Shown: positions 17,412 to 26,911 of the stretch, in pieces
Position numbering within the stretch: the stretch's first letter is position 1
Layout: each line of letters opens with the position of its first letter
Source: an uncultured Selenomonadales bacterium
GTDB taxonomy: Bacteria; Bacillota; Negativicutes; Selenomonadales; Selenomonadaceae
DNA length: 64,000 nt
Reading direction: 5' to 3'
Assembly: GCA_900321035.1 (NCBI GenBank)
Contig: ONUH01000011.1
Coordinates: 15,050-79,049, forward strand
Made by a program: the position numbers and the translations under genes
The notes under the pieces: model-generated
What the model was told of the DNA's origin: nothing
Databases searched by the model: none
What the model saw: the letters and a program-made list of their open reading frames with translations, nothing else

Positions 17412-18762
17412 AGTTTTCGCCCCCTAATTCCGCTTTGACCGCCTCGATCAGCGCAGCCTGCGTCTTGTCTTTCTTCGCCAGTGTAGCGAGAACCCTCTCG
17501 TCGATAGTGTCTTTGGCGATTATATGCTGGATCACCACGGTGCTTTTCTGCCCCTGCCGCCAAAGCCGCGCGTTGGTCTGCTGATAAAGTTCAAGACTCC
17601 AGGTCAATCCGAACCACACCAGCGCCGAACCGCCCTCCTGAAGGTTGAGTCCGTGCCCCGCCGAAGCCGGATGGATCAGCGCCACGGGGATTTTCCCGGC
17701 GTTCCAGTCGCTGATGTCCGCGCTCGTCTTGATGTCCCTCGCGTCAAACCGCGCCATGATGCGCTCCCGGTCGTGCTTGTACCAGTACGCCACGAGGAGC
17801 GGCTTCCCGTTCGCCGCCTCGATGATATCTTCCAGAGCGTCCAGCTTCCGAGAGTGTAGCGTGTTAGAGTTCCCGTCTTCATCATAGACAGCGCCATTGG
17901 CCATCTGTAAGAGTTTGTTGGAGAGAGCCGCCGCGCTCACGGCGTCGATTTCCGTGCCGCCAAGCTCCAGGACCATCTCCGTTTTCATGCGCTCATACCG
18001 CGCCCGCTCCTTTTCGGAAAGGACAACGATGACCTCGCTTTCGATGCGCTCCGGCATTTCAAGGAAATCCCCCGCCTTCATTGAGATCGTGATGTCCGAT
18101 ATCTGACGATAGATTTCTTCCTCTGCGCCAGCCTTTGGCGTGTAGCTGAAAATCATATGCTGGTTCCTCTTGTCCGGGTTGAAATAAGTCTCGCGATACT
18201 GCCCGATGAACCGCCCCAGCCGCTTTCCCATGTCCAGCAGGCGGAACTCCGCCCAGAGGTCCATCAGCCCGTTGCTCGACGGCGTCCCCGTCAGTCCGAC
18301 GATGCGCTTCAGCTTTGGGCGCACTTTCATCAGCGCCCTGAACCTCTTTGTCTGGTGGGACTTGAAGCTCGAAAGCTCATCGATGACCACCATGTCGTAA
18401 TCGAAGGGGATGCCGCTTTTATTAACAAGCCAATCCACATTCTCCCTGTTGATGATGTGGATAACCGCCCGTTCCCGGAGAGCGGCCCTCCGTTCCTCCT
18501 CCGTCCCGACGGCGACGGAATACGTCAGCCCCTTCAGATGCTCCCATTTCCGAAGCTCCGCAGGCCATGTGTCCCTCGCCACGCGTAGGGGGGCGATTAC
18601 CAACACCCGACTGACGTCGAAGAGGTCGCGAACAAGGGCGTCGATAGCGGTCAGCGTGATGATCGTTTTCCCAACACCCATATCAAGCAGAACCGCGGCC
18701 TCTCTGTGATCCTCTATGAAGTGTGTAGCGTATATCTGGTAATTATGAGGCTTGTATCTCAT
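17398..18762 (-). CDS. SNF2-family DEAD/DEAH helicase
   Basis: Motif I (LLDMGVGKT) and motif II (VVIDELSSFK), plus a C-terminal helicase domain (LIHPASAGHGLNLQ...RLWRQGQ). Start taken at ATG 18762 (MRYKPHNYQ...). Confidence 0.85.
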   Translation of the reverse strand: MRYKPHNYQIYATHFIEDHREAAVLLDMGVGKTIITLTAIDALVRDLFDVSRVLVIAPLRVARDTWPAELRKWEHLKGLTYSVAVGTEEERRAALRERAVIHIINRENVDWLVNKSGIPFDYDMVVIDELSSFKSHQTKRFRALMKVRPKLKRIVGLTGTPSSNGLMDLWAEFRLLDMGKRLGRFIGQYRETYFNPDKRNQHMIFSYTPKAGAEEEIYRQISDITISMKAGDFLEMPERIESEVIVVLSEKERARYERMKTEMVLELGGTEIDAVSAAALSNKLLQMANGAVYDEDGNSNTLHSRKLDALEDIIEAANGKPLLVAYWYKHDRERIMARFDARDIKTSADISDWNAGKIPVALIHPASAGHGLNLQEGGSALVWFGLTWSLELYQQTNARLWRQGQKSTVVIQHIIAKDTIDERVLATLAKKDKTQAALIEAVKAELGGENYGTV

Positions 18763-19024
18763 CAAGCACACCCCCGATCTGCTCCGCCCCGTCAATGACG
18801 GCAGCGTAGAAGCCAAGTCGCCGCAACTGCCGCATCCGAAGTTCCTGCACCAGCCGCGGCTTCTTCCCCGGAGCCTTCAGTTCTACGAATCCCATCCTGC
18901 CGCCAGGAAGAAGCACAATGCGGTCAGGCATCCCGTTCGTGCCGGGAGAGGTGAATTTCACCGCCATACCGCCGCGCCTTTTCGCTGCCATCACAAGTTT
19001 CTTTTCAATTGCTTTTTCTCTCAT
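18743..19024 (-). CDS. VRR-NUC domain nuclease
   Basis: KFTSPGTNGMPDRIVLLPGGRMGFVELKAPGKKP matches the PD-(D/E)xK VRR-NUC core. Typically paired with an SNF2 helicase in phages. Confidence 0.8.
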   Translation of the reverse strand: MREKAIEKKLVMAAKRRGGMAVKFTSPGTNGMPDRIVLLPGGRMGFVELKAPGKKPRLVQELRMRQLRRLGFYAAVIDGAEQIGGVLDEIQAS

Positions 19025-19064
19025 ATCGCTCAATCCCCCGTCAATTCTGGCATTTCTTGCATTT

Positions 19065-19171
19065 TGTGGAGGTCGGTGGAGGTCTATACATAAACCTCTC
19101 TATAGGCGTTTTTTCTGCTAAAAAACAGCCCTAAAGGGGAGTTATAGGAGAGACCTCCACCGACCTCCACA
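19065..19171. repeat. Nested concentric palindrome with iteron-like 10-mers (candidate phage replication origin)
   Basis: Perfect 21-bp inverted repeat TGTGGAGGTCGGTGGAGGTCT (19065-19085 / 19151-19171). Each arm is a tandem GGTGGAGGTC-like 10-mer. The centre holds an A/T palindrome GTTTTTT-CTGCT-AAAAAAC (19108-19126). Confidence 0.8.
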
Positions 19172-19212
19172 CATTCCGCTCAATCCCTTGTCCCACATAG
19201 CTTTTGGAACGT

Positions 19213-21429
19213 TCAGCAAAAATCCGCATCTGACGGCTTCAGTCTGATCCCCACGATGTAGTTACCATCCCGTCGTTTCAGCCGTTTGAATCCTCGCTGC
19301 TCAAGTGCGTTGTAAAACTCGGTCGTGCTTCGGGTAAACTCTCCCGTTCTCGCACAATAGACGCGGTAGGTGCTATAAACGTCTCCGGACTTCTCGTGAC
19401 AATCGTCGCCAGTTTCGCAGCACTCCTCCATGAAATGCGACAGCCAGTCGCTGTCACGCCTGTATTTATTGATGGCATCCTCGACACATCGCGGCAGACA
19501 GAAGCTGAAATTGTCCCTGATAGCCTTTTGCGCTCCCACAATGATCCACCTGAGTATGTAGGGAGCCGCCTTCTTTTGAAGATACCCAGCATAATTCTTG
19601 ATATCGTTTTTCCCAGTAATGGTGGCGTTGAAAGGAATCACTATCAGACGTCGCCAGATGCCCGTATCCATCGCGCCGACACGCGGTAGATGGTTTGTAT
19701 AAAGGACCAATGTGTGGCTGGGCGTGAAATCGAAGGGTGCCTTGTACTTCTTTTCGCCCTTGATCTTGTCTGTGGAACACAACTGCTTGACGGTAGATGT
19801 AGAGAGCCGCATTCCCTCTTCAAGCTCGGCAGCGATCAGGAGACGCTTGCCTTTGACCTCGGCGATTTCCGGCTTCACGTTCCTCCTACAGCCCACTGTC
19901 AGTGCGTCTGCCGAAATACCGCCCGCGTAACTGCCAAGCACCCACGCGATAGTGTTCCAAAAAGTGGACTTCCCGTTCGCGCCCTCGCCGTAACTGATGA
20001 TGATAGCCTCCATGTACACCGCGCCCACGGCGGCAAGGCCGCAGATTTTCTGGACATAATCGACAAGCTCTATATCGCCCTCAAAGATTGTGTAAAGAAA
20101 GTCCTTCCAGACCTCCTCCCCTTCATCGCCGGGAGCCGCGTTGCAGATTTTCGTGATCAGATCGTCGGGGGAAAAGTCGCGCCGTCCCGCCATTCCTGCC
20201 TTCAAATCGTATGTCCCATCATGGCAATTCAGCAGAAACGCGTCCTTGTCGAGGTCCTCCGGACGCTCAAGGAGAAGTGGTTTTGCTGCCTGCAGCGCCG
20301 ACACAATATATTTCATGTCTCTCCGCTTCATCACGAAAGTCTTGTAAGAGATCGCGGAGATGTAGGCAAGATACGCCTCTCGCTGATCGCTGCCGACCTG
20401 TTTTTCGAGTGTCTTGCCGCCAGCGCCGATGACATTTTCCGCCACGCCGAACTCCGAGAGCGCCTTGTGTGTGCGTTCCACCTCGTCATTGGCGTCGGCG
20501 AGCTGAAGATCGAGGAATTCCTCCGCCGCGCCGATGGCGAGTTCCCGCGATTCTTCCCAATACTTCCCATTAAAGCGAAGATAATCCGTCGCCGTCGTGA
20601 ACCGGAGCTCGTTCTCGTACTCCCTCGCCAGTATCCGCGCCTGCCCGATGTCGGAGTAATCGGCGGGCTTCAAACTCTTACCGTACTCTTCCGGGGAGAT
20701 GTAGCCCGGCTCGCTCTGCACCTTTCTGGCGAAACGGCAGGCGCTGTTCCATATCTTACTGAGCTCCTCGTCCGGGAGCGGCGGGTCGCACTTTGCCGCT
20801 TCCTCGAGGAAGATTGCATGCGCCTTTTCGCCAATTCCGTAGCGTTTCAGCACACGTCCGGCGAAACGGGAAAGCGTCGTGTTTCGCGATCCTTCCGGGA
20901 TACTTCGGCGGGAGAACCAAAAGTCAATGGTCACATCGCCCTCGTGCCATATAACGCGCTCGGCTGGATTCCCGTAGATAAACCGTGCAGCGTCCATCGC
21001 TCCCTTATCGAAGAAGGGGAATTCCCGAAACACAGCTTCTTTCAGCCGCCTCACTTCCTCGTGGGCGGTGATTTTCTTGTGGGGAAAATAGACATGAAAA
21101 CGCGGACGCGCAGACTTGCCGCCCTTCTCTTTACCGTCATGACGGCTCGGCGCGATAGTGTAGCAGACACCCTCCAGCAGCGTCTCTAACGACTCCTGTG
21201 TGATCCAGTCGTCGGGATTGTCAGTGTGATCATTGTCACAATCCATCACAAGGCAGTCCGCCTCGATGAAGTTGTCCTTGCTGCGGCGATTCCCCCGAAA
21301 CACGCCGCAGACGTGGTCATTTTCGATGGCGGCCTTGAACTCCGCCGCGTTTGTAACGACGTGCCGATTCGGATAGAGGCTGTTTGCCTCCCGCCCCCGG
21401 CAATTCGCCGAACAGATAGTCAGTCGCAT
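19213..21429 (-). CDS. Primase-polymerase / P4-D5-type helicase (replicative primase-helicase)
   Basis: N-terminal primase-like region (CLVMDCDNDH...RPRFHVYFP), a central D5_N-like part, and a C-terminal P-loop NTPase (SYGEGANGKST). ATG 21429 lies 7 nt after GGAGG. Confidence 0.8.
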   Translation of the reverse strand: MRLTICSANCRGREANSLYPNRHVVTNAAEFKAAIENDHVCGVFRGNRRSKDNFIEADCLVMDCDNDHTDNPDDWITQESLETLLEGVCYTIAPSRHDGKEKGGKSARPRFHVYFPHKKITAHEEVRRLKEAVFREFPFFDKGAMDAARFIYGNPAERVIWHEGDVTIDFWFSRRSIPEGSRNTTLSRFAGRVLKRYGIGEKAHAIFLEEAAKCDPPLPDEELSKIWNSACRFARKVQSEPGYISPEEYGKSLKPADYSDIGQARILAREYENELRFTTATDYLRFNGKYWEESRELAIGAAEEFLDLQLADANDEVERTHKALSEFGVAENVIGAGGKTLEKQVGSDQREAYLAYISAISYKTFVMKRRDMKYIVSALQAAKPLLLERPEDLDKDAFLLNCHDGTYDLKAGMAGRRDFSPDDLITKICNAAPGDEGEEVWKDFLYTIFEGDIELVDYVQKICGLAAVGAVYMEAIIISYGEGANGKSTFWNTIAWVLGSYAGGISADALTVGCRRNVKPEIAEVKGKRLLIAAELEEGMRLSTSTVKQLCSTDKIKGEKKYKAPFDFTPSHTLVLYTNHLPRVGAMDTGIWRRLIVIPFNATITGKNDIKNYAGYLQKKAAPYILRWIIVGAQKAIRDNFSFCLPRCVEDAINKYRRDSDWLSHFMEECCETGDDCHEKSGDVYSTYRVYCARTGEFTRSTTEFYNALEQRGFKRLKRRDGNYIVGIRLKPSDADFC

Positions 21430-21824
21430 GACGTAACCTCCTCGCATGATGCAGTGAAATACCGGATTGTCTTGCATAGTGTCTTGGCGCGAGACAATTC
21501 CAACACCATACCCTCCGAAAGATCGTCCCCAAACACCCAAATTTCTTCGCACAGCTTCAACAGCTCGAAATTCATGCGGAACGCCGTCTCCCGCTCCGAG
21601 CTCTCCGACAAAAACTGCGGAAAATAAAGGTGCGGCGCAAAGGGAATGCGCCCCTCGGCAACTGCAAAGCGGCAATACCGCCGCGCCCGTATCACATTTG
21701 TTCCCGGATCATCACGATAAGGTGAGCATATGTAGACGAAAGGATTCTCTTTCAAGATATGAGAGAGTGCAGCATAAGCCGTCGGGTCAGGATAGCCCTC
21801 GTGGTTCGTTCGTGAAATGCACAT
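21420..21824 (-). CDS. DUF4406-like (nucleoside 2-deoxyribosyltransferase-fold) protein
   Basis: FVYICSPYRDDP...RIPFAPHLYFPQFL...IWVFGD resembles DUF4406 proteins. The assignment is from memory only. Confidence 0.5.
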   Translation of the reverse strand: MCISRTNHEGYPDPTAYAALSHILKENPFVYICSPYRDDPGTNVIRARRYCRFAVAEGRIPFAPHLYFPQFLSESSERETAFRMNFELLKLCEEIWVFGDDLSEGMVLELSRAKTLCKTIRYFTASCEEVTSCD

Positions 21825-21873
21825 AATGCCTCCAATCTGCGGGAAGCCATGCGACTTCCCGCATGTCTTATTC

Positions 21874-22647
21874 TTATCTTTCTACCAGCGGAAGATTCCC
21901 GTCCGCCCGCATCAGGTCATAGATGAAAAGCCGTCCCGCCTGCGTCCAGTAAGTATGTACCGTACTGTGGAGCGCCCCATCGTTCCCTGGATAGATATGC
22001 GTCTTCGTGCTGGTGTAGCCGCGTTCAGAATATCTCTGGTACAGGAGCCAAATCCCCCCCTGCTTGAACTGGATTCCGTTATCCGCGAGGTAGCGGTTCA
22101 TGCGTTTCGCACTCCACCCATAATCCTTGGCAATTACTGAAATCGGCACGAGATCGGGGCTGTTCAGCACGATGTCATAATAAGAAGCCTTCGGCTGGAG
22201 CTCGGCGATTTGCTGCCGCTGCACGGCGTTTTCGTCGGCAAGGGCAAGCCGCTTTTCGCGTTCCTCCTTGTACGCCATGAGAGCGCAAATCATCGCGTCG
22301 GGATTTGCCAGCATTTCGTCGACGGCGTAAACGCCGTGTTTTCGGATGGCGGGAAGCACCTCCGACGTGACCCAGCGCTTGAATGTTTTTGCCCTCGGCA
22401 GCTTGCTGGAAAGAATCAGGCTGTAGAGGCCGCTTTCGTTGATAATCGCAAGCTCCTGCTCGCCGCCAAGGGTGTCACATTTCGTTACCCCCTTGTCCTC
22501 GTCGTCCACATGGTCGCCGATGGCCTTGCGGGAGTTGGCGTAGCCGAGAATGGCGGCGACGTCCTTGCCGACAAACCAAGATTCGCCATCGATTTCCAAG
22601 ACCCGAACGGAACCGAGCTCGTTGTGCGTGAATACCTGTAGATTCAT
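21874..22647 (-). CDS. Phage antirepressor (Bro-N + KilAC-type C-terminal domain)
   Basis: From ATG 22647 (AAGGAGG upstream): MNLQVFTHNELGSVRVLEIDGESWFVGKDVAAILGY...FKRWVTSEVLPAIRKHG, a classical Bro-N sequence. Confidence 0.8.
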   Translation of the reverse strand: MNLQVFTHNELGSVRVLEIDGESWFVGKDVAAILGYANSRKAIGDHVDDEDKGVTKCDTLGGEQELAIINESGLYSLILSSKLPRAKTFKRWVTSEVLPAIRKHGVYAVDEMLANPDAMICALMAYKEEREKRLALADENAVQRQQIAELQPKASYYDIVLNSPDLVPISVIAKDYGWSAKRMNRYLADNGIQFKQGGIWLLYQRYSERGYTSTKTHIYPGNDGALHSTVHTYWTQAGRLFIYDLMRADGNLPLVER

Positions 22648-22690
22648 AATCAGTCCTCCTTGTGAGATATAGGGAAAAGCTCCCTTTGCT

Positions 22691-22725
22691 ATCCCACTGG
22701 ACAGAACCGAGCGATTTGGTCCAAA
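22691..22725 (-). promoter_or_regulatory. Conserved 35-nt motif, copy 2 (candidate phage promoter/operator)
   Basis: Minus strand TTTGGACCAAATCGCTCGGTTCTGTCCAGTGGGAT matches 26912-26946 at 31/35 positions. It ends 44 nt before the antirepressor ATG, right after the PolA terminator. Confidence 0.5.
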
Positions 22726-22732
22726 CTTTTGC

Positions 22733-22768
22733 AAAAAAATTTTCCTCCCGTCATCCGGCGGGAGGAAA
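22733..22768 (-). terminator. Rho-independent terminator after PolA
   Basis: Minus strand CCTCCCG-CCGGATGA-CGGGAGG, flanked by A/T extensions and followed by a T-run (TTTTTTTG). Confidence 0.65.
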
Positions 22769-22771
22769 AAG

Positions 22772-24724
22772 TCAGTCCTTGCGATAAAACCGGCACTCGA
22801 AGCCGTCGGCGCGAAGCGACAGCCCCTTGGCCCAAGCCGGGGTTCTCGCCATCTGCTCGCAGACGGCAGGGAGAGACACTGCCTTGTCGCACTCGATGAC
22901 AAGCTCGTCATGGATATGGGCAACAATATCCATGAACCCTAGCGACCGCATAGAATGGCATAGAAGGTCGCGGCTTATGGCTTGGGTGATATTTTCCACC
23001 AGCTTGGGCCCGTATGACTCAATTCGTGCCCATTTCCTTGCGGTGTTCAGCCCCATATAAGTGACGGACTCGCCGCCGAATCGGTTCTCCCCGATGCGCG
23101 GCTTCGCATAGGCAAGCCTCCTGCCGCTTGGAAGCTCGATGAACATCATGCCGCCCATGTAGATAAACTTGATGCCATGCGTCTCTGTGGCTGTGCGTTC
23201 TTTGATGCACCTCTTGGCGGCAGCGTCGACTGCCCACCAAAACTCCACGATATGAGGGTTCGCCTCACGCCAAGCGTCCACCAGCGGCTTTAGCTCCGCT
23301 TCATCCACGCCGGATTCCAGCGCCCCGAAAGCCTTTAAGGCACCCACGGAGCCGCCGTAGCCGCAGGCCAGTTCCGCTTGCTTCCCTTTCTGCCTGAGAT
23401 GCCCGTTCTCGCCGTGCTTTTCCACTTTGCAATGGAACATCCTCGATGCCGTGGCGCAGTATATGTCGCCGCCGTCCTTGAACACGTCCATGCGCCATTT
23501 TTCCCCGGCCAGCCATGACAGCACCCGTGCCTCAATTGCCGAGAAATCGGCGACGATAAATTTCCGTCCTTCTTTTGGAATAAACGCCGTGCGGATGAGC
23601 TGGGAGAGTACATCGGGAACGGAGTCATAGAGGGATTCCAATGCGGCAAAGTCTCTTTGCCGCATAAGGTCGCGGGCCTGTTCGAGATCGGCGAGGTGGT
23701 TTTGGGGCAGATTTTGCAGCTGCACGATGCGCCCGGCGAACCGCCCGGTGCGATTGGCCCCGTAGAATTGAAACATTCCGCGGGCGCGGCTGTCCGCGCA
23801 GACGGCATTTTGCATGGCCTGATATTTCTTTACGGAGGATTTTGCCAACTGCTGTCGAAGTGATAACACATCTGAAATAGGCGGTTCTGCAGTCTTCAGA
23901 AGAGTCGCCACAGACTTCTTGTCGAGGGAATCTACATCAATCCCGCGGGCAGAGAGCCACTCCTTCATCTGCGCCACGCTGTTGGGATTATCCAGCCCGG
24001 TCAGAGCCTTCAGCTTGGCGGACAGCTTGCCTTTGGTTATTTCGTCAATCTTGAGGGCGTTTTCCACCAAAGGCATATCCAGCTTTATCCCACGGTCGTT
24101 AATCTCTTGGTCGATCACATATTCATCCCATACGAAATCCGGCACGGGGTACTTCGCCAAGCGTCGCTGGATTGCCATCTCAACCTCCACATCCCGGCGG
24201 TTGTAGGTTTTGAAGGTTTCCCACTTGTCCCCGTTTGGCTCGTGGAACGGTGGCGTGGAGAAATAGCGGATGAGGGCTTTGCCTTCGGCCATTTTCTGTT
24301 CCTCAAGGCCGAGGACGCTGCCGACAGCGGCGAGCGAAAGCGGCAAGCCCATATAGGCAGACCAGACCATCGTGCATCGCCAGCCCATAGGGTTGAGGAA
24401 ACGGGCGCACTCCGTGGAGAGCGGGTGCCGGTCATGGAACGGGTCAAGGCTCAAGCCGAAATCGGAAAGATATCGCGAAAGGCATATCCGCTCGAAGTTG
24501 GCGTTGAAAGCCCATTTTGTGACGCTGCTGTCGGTCAGGGCGGAGAGTATATCCTGCGGAATCGTCTCGCCGTTGGCAAGGTCGATGACGCGGACGTCGC
24601 CGCCGTCTGCGGAATATCCGAAGAGCAATATCTCGAAATCCGGCGACTCGGCATAGCGGTACACGCCGCTTTTCGTGATGTCCACGCTGCTCCGGGTTTC
24701 TATATCAATGCTGAGTGTAGTCAT
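22772..24724 (-). CDS. Family A DNA polymerase with 3'-5' exonuclease domain
   Basis: Exo I (LSIDIETRS), pol motif A (VADFSAIEARVL), motif B (RQKGKQAELACGYGG), motif C (AHIHDELV). ATG 24724 follows AAAGGA. Confidence 0.9.
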   Translation of the reverse strand: MTTLSIDIETRSSVDITKSGVYRYAESPDFEILLFGYSADGGDVRVIDLANGETIPQDILSALTDSSVTKWAFNANFERICLSRYLSDFGLSLDPFHDRHPLSTECARFLNPMGWRCTMVWSAYMGLPLSLAAVGSVLGLEEQKMAEGKALIRYFSTPPFHEPNGDKWETFKTYNRRDVEVEMAIQRRLAKYPVPDFVWDEYVIDQEINDRGIKLDMPLVENALKIDEITKGKLSAKLKALTGLDNPNSVAQMKEWLSARGIDVDSLDKKSVATLLKTAEPPISDVLSLRQQLAKSSVKKYQAMQNAVCADSRARGMFQFYGANRTGRFAGRIVQLQNLPQNHLADLEQARDLMRQRDFAALESLYDSVPDVLSQLIRTAFIPKEGRKFIVADFSAIEARVLSWLAGEKWRMDVFKDGGDIYCATASRMFHCKVEKHGENGHLRQKGKQAELACGYGGSVGALKAFGALESGVDEAELKPLVDAWREANPHIVEFWWAVDAAAKRCIKERTATETHGIKFIYMGGMMFIELPSGRRLAYAKPRIGENRFGGESVTYMGLNTARKWARIESYGPKLVENITQAISRDLLCHSMRSLGFMDIVAHIHDELVIECDKAVSLPAVCEQMARTPAWAKGLSLRADGFECRFYRKD

Positions 24725-24741
24725 GTTTTGTCCTTTCTGAT

Positions 24742-24770
24742 ACAAAAGCAGCGGGGAATATCCCCGCTGC
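24742..24770 (-). terminator. Rho-independent terminator after the DUF2815 gene
   Basis: Minus strand GCAGCGGGG-ATATT-CCCCGCTGC followed by TTTTGT. Confidence 0.65.
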
Positions 24771-24796
24771 CCATGCCGACTGTCATTTGCATCCGA

Positions 24797-25357
24797 TTAT
24801 CCGAGAAAATCCTCGTCCTCGTCGGCGAAATCATCCTCGGCGCGCGTCTTGCCGCCCAGCGGCTCCCCGTCGGAAATCTTCTGGAGATTGTTGAGGCCGC
24901 AAGCGATGCCGCGGTTGCCGTTGCTGTTGAAAGCGTAGAAATTGATGCTGGCACGTCCGTAAACGCCGGAATACACCTCGGAGTGGTCGAGAATGGGATT
25001 GCGGGCGGCATCCACGATTCCGGGGGCCGTGGCACTGTTGGCGTTGACAAAGTAGCTGTCCTTGTACGCCTCGTCATCGGGACGCTCCACGTCTCCGTCG
25101 CGAAGGGGCGTCTTGATGGCCGAGAGCGCCGGGACGGACTTGCTGTTGCCTTTGAGTTTGCTTTGGCCTTCGTCGTAGGCGGCCTGAACGGCGTTTTTGA
25201 TGGCTTCCACCGTCCTGACGTCGGACTTCGGGATGATGAGCGATACGCTGAACTTGGGCGCGCCGCCGTTGATGGACTTGGCCTGCCATACGTTTGCATA
25301 GCTCCAGCGCGTCTTGGGGCCGGTGATAACTTTGCACGGATTGATAATTTTTTTCAT
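24797..25357 (-). CDS. DUF2815-like protein (phage ssDNA-binding-type)
   Basis: 186 aa with an acidic tail (DDFADEDEDFLG) typical of SSB-like proteins. Sits in the conserved DUF2800-DUF2815-PolA order. Confidence 0.7.
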   Translation of the reverse strand: MKKIINPCKVITGPKTRWSYANVWQAKSINGGAPKFSVSLIIPKSDVRTVEAIKNAVQAAYDEGQSKLKGNSKSVPALSAIKTPLRDGDVERPDDEAYKDSYFVNANSATAPGIVDAARNPILDHSEVYSGVYGRASINFYAFNSNGNRGIACGLNNLQKISDGEPLGGKTRAEDDFADEDEDFLG

Positions 25358-25371
25358 AATTTTGTTCCTCC

Positions 25372-26496
25372 TTAATTGTCCTTGAAATCTTCTGCCGCTG
25401 TGTTCATCACAGGCCGCTTGTCGCTCATGGGGACGAGTGTAGGCTTGCCCTGCGGCTTGACGACGAGACTGCCCAGCAGCTTCTCAAACTTGGTTTTTCC
25501 TAATAACGCGGTCATTGCCGTTACGCCGAGAAGTTTCCTCTCATACGGCTCGAAGCCCGCCTCCGCGACGGCCTTGGCGACCGCCGCCTCGTCGGTGTAT
25601 TTCCGATTGGAGCGGCCTTCGACGAGCTTCCATTCCGTCCATTGCTTGCCTTGGATGGCCTGCTGAAGGGCATACTCCTTGATGTCGCCGACCCAAGCCG
25701 CGAGCGCGTCGGCCTTGGCCAGTATCGCTTCCACCTCGGCATCTTCCAACGTGGGCGGCATCTCGAAGTCATAACGGGCAAGCTCCAAGTTGTATTCTGC
25801 CCGCTTGCGGCATGTCGCCTTGGCTTTGCAGAAACGGCAATGGTCTCCGGCCGAGAATTCTCCCTCGCCCGCGTAGGCGAGCTTGGCTGCGGGAACGAGT
25901 GTAGCCTCCGCCCATGACAAGAGGTCTGTCTTGGACATGGTAAACTCGCTGAGGTTGGATAGACGCGGCTGGACGATGACCATCAACACCTTGTCGATGT
26001 CGTACAGGGCATCGAACATTTGGATGCATCCCAACGCGTAGCACAGCATCTGCGAATTGTGATCAGCAGTGACTTCGATGCCCTTGCCGTATTTGAAATC
26101 GCAAATGCAGACGGTTTTGCCGGAAACGATGAGGGTGTCCGCCGTGCCGAAGCCTTCAGGCACATATTCGGAAAAATCCACTCGCTGCTCCACCGATACC
26201 AGCGTATCCGCGTTTTCCTCGCGGAACTGGCTGACCAGTCCCATAACGAACTGCGCGTAGTCCTCGGCGCACTCTTCCATTTCGCTGTCATAGGAGGCCA
26301 GCTTTTTCGTCGGGTCACGCACCCTTTCGCCGAGAGCCTTGCGGAGCTTGAACTCGCAGAGGGCGTGAGCGTCCGTCCCTTGGGCGGCATATTCACTGGG
26401 GACATCGGCTTTCGCCGCGTTGAGCCTTGCCGATGGCGGGCAGGCGATCCAGCGTCCAGCCGAGGACGCGGAGAGAATTGCGTGCTTATTTGCCAA
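25372..26496 (-). CDS. DUF2800-like PD-(D/E)xK (Cas4-like) nuclease
   Basis: N-terminal ILSASSAGRWIACPPS, a central ICDFKYGKG motif, and a C-terminal Cys cluster (CRFCKAKATC). Confidence 0.75.
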   Translation of the reverse strand: MANKHAILSASSAGRWIACPPSARLNAAKADVPSEYAAQGTDAHALCEFKLRKALGERVRDPTKKLASYDSEMEECAEDYAQFVMGLVSQFREENADTLVSVEQRVDFSEYVPEGFGTADTLIVSGKTVCICDFKYGKGIEVTADHNSQMLCYALGCIQMFDALYDIDKVLMVIVQPRLSNLSEFTMSKTDLLSWAEATLVPAAKLAYAGEGEFSAGDHCRFCKAKATCRKRAEYNLELARYDFEMPPTLEDAEVEAILAKADALAAWVGDIKEYALQQAIQGKQWTEWKLVEGRSNRKYTDEAAVAKAVAEAGFEPYERKLLGVTAMTALLGKTKFEKLLGSLVVKPQGKPTLVPMSDKRPVMNTAAEDFKDN

Positions 26497-26749
26497 GGCT
26501 CTCCGCCTCCTTCAAGATGGCGGGATATTCAGCAGGGGCGACATCCGAGAGCCTGTCCGCGCCGTGCTTTTTGATGATTTCCCGCACTTCGGCGGTAAGC
26601 CCCGCTTGGGAGAGCCGTGCCAGCACCAGCCTGACTTCCTCCAGCGACGGCGCATCGGCCTTTGGCGTTTCTGTTTCCCGCGCCAGCGCATCAGCAATAC
26701 GGCTGAGTGTAGCGGCGCAATCCTTGAGTTCCTTGACGAAGTTGTCCAT
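26486..26749 (-). CDS. Hypothetical phage protein
   Basis: 87-aa helical acidic protein. Its end overlaps the DUF2800 start by 11 nt. Confidence 0.45.
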   Translation of the reverse strand: MDNFVKELKDCAATLSRIADALARETETPKADAPSLEEVRLVLARLSQAGLTAEVREIIKKHGADRLSDVAPAEYPAILKEAESLGK

Positions 26750-26867
26750 TCTGTTTTCCTCCTTTTGCCTTGGTCTGGGTGAGCCGTATCAGCTTGCCGA
26801 CCAGCCGTTTCGATACCACGCTGATTGCCGTGAGCAAGCCAATCATTTCTTCATCCCGATGGTTCAT
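26691..26867 (-). CDS. Possible small ORF (58 aa)
   Basis: Hand-translated MNHRDEEMIGLLTAISVVSKRLVGKLIRLTQTKAKGGKQ... with a strong AAGGAGG 8 nt upstream. It overlaps the next gene by 59 nt out of frame, so its extent is doubtful. Confidence 0.3.
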   Translation of the reverse strand: MNHRDEEMIGLLTAISVVSKRLVGKLIRLTQTKAKGGKQNGQLRQGTQGLRRYTQPYC

Positions 26868-26911
26868 GGGGTTGTCCTCCTTTCCGGGAGCGGTTGTTTG
26901 CCCCCTTCACA

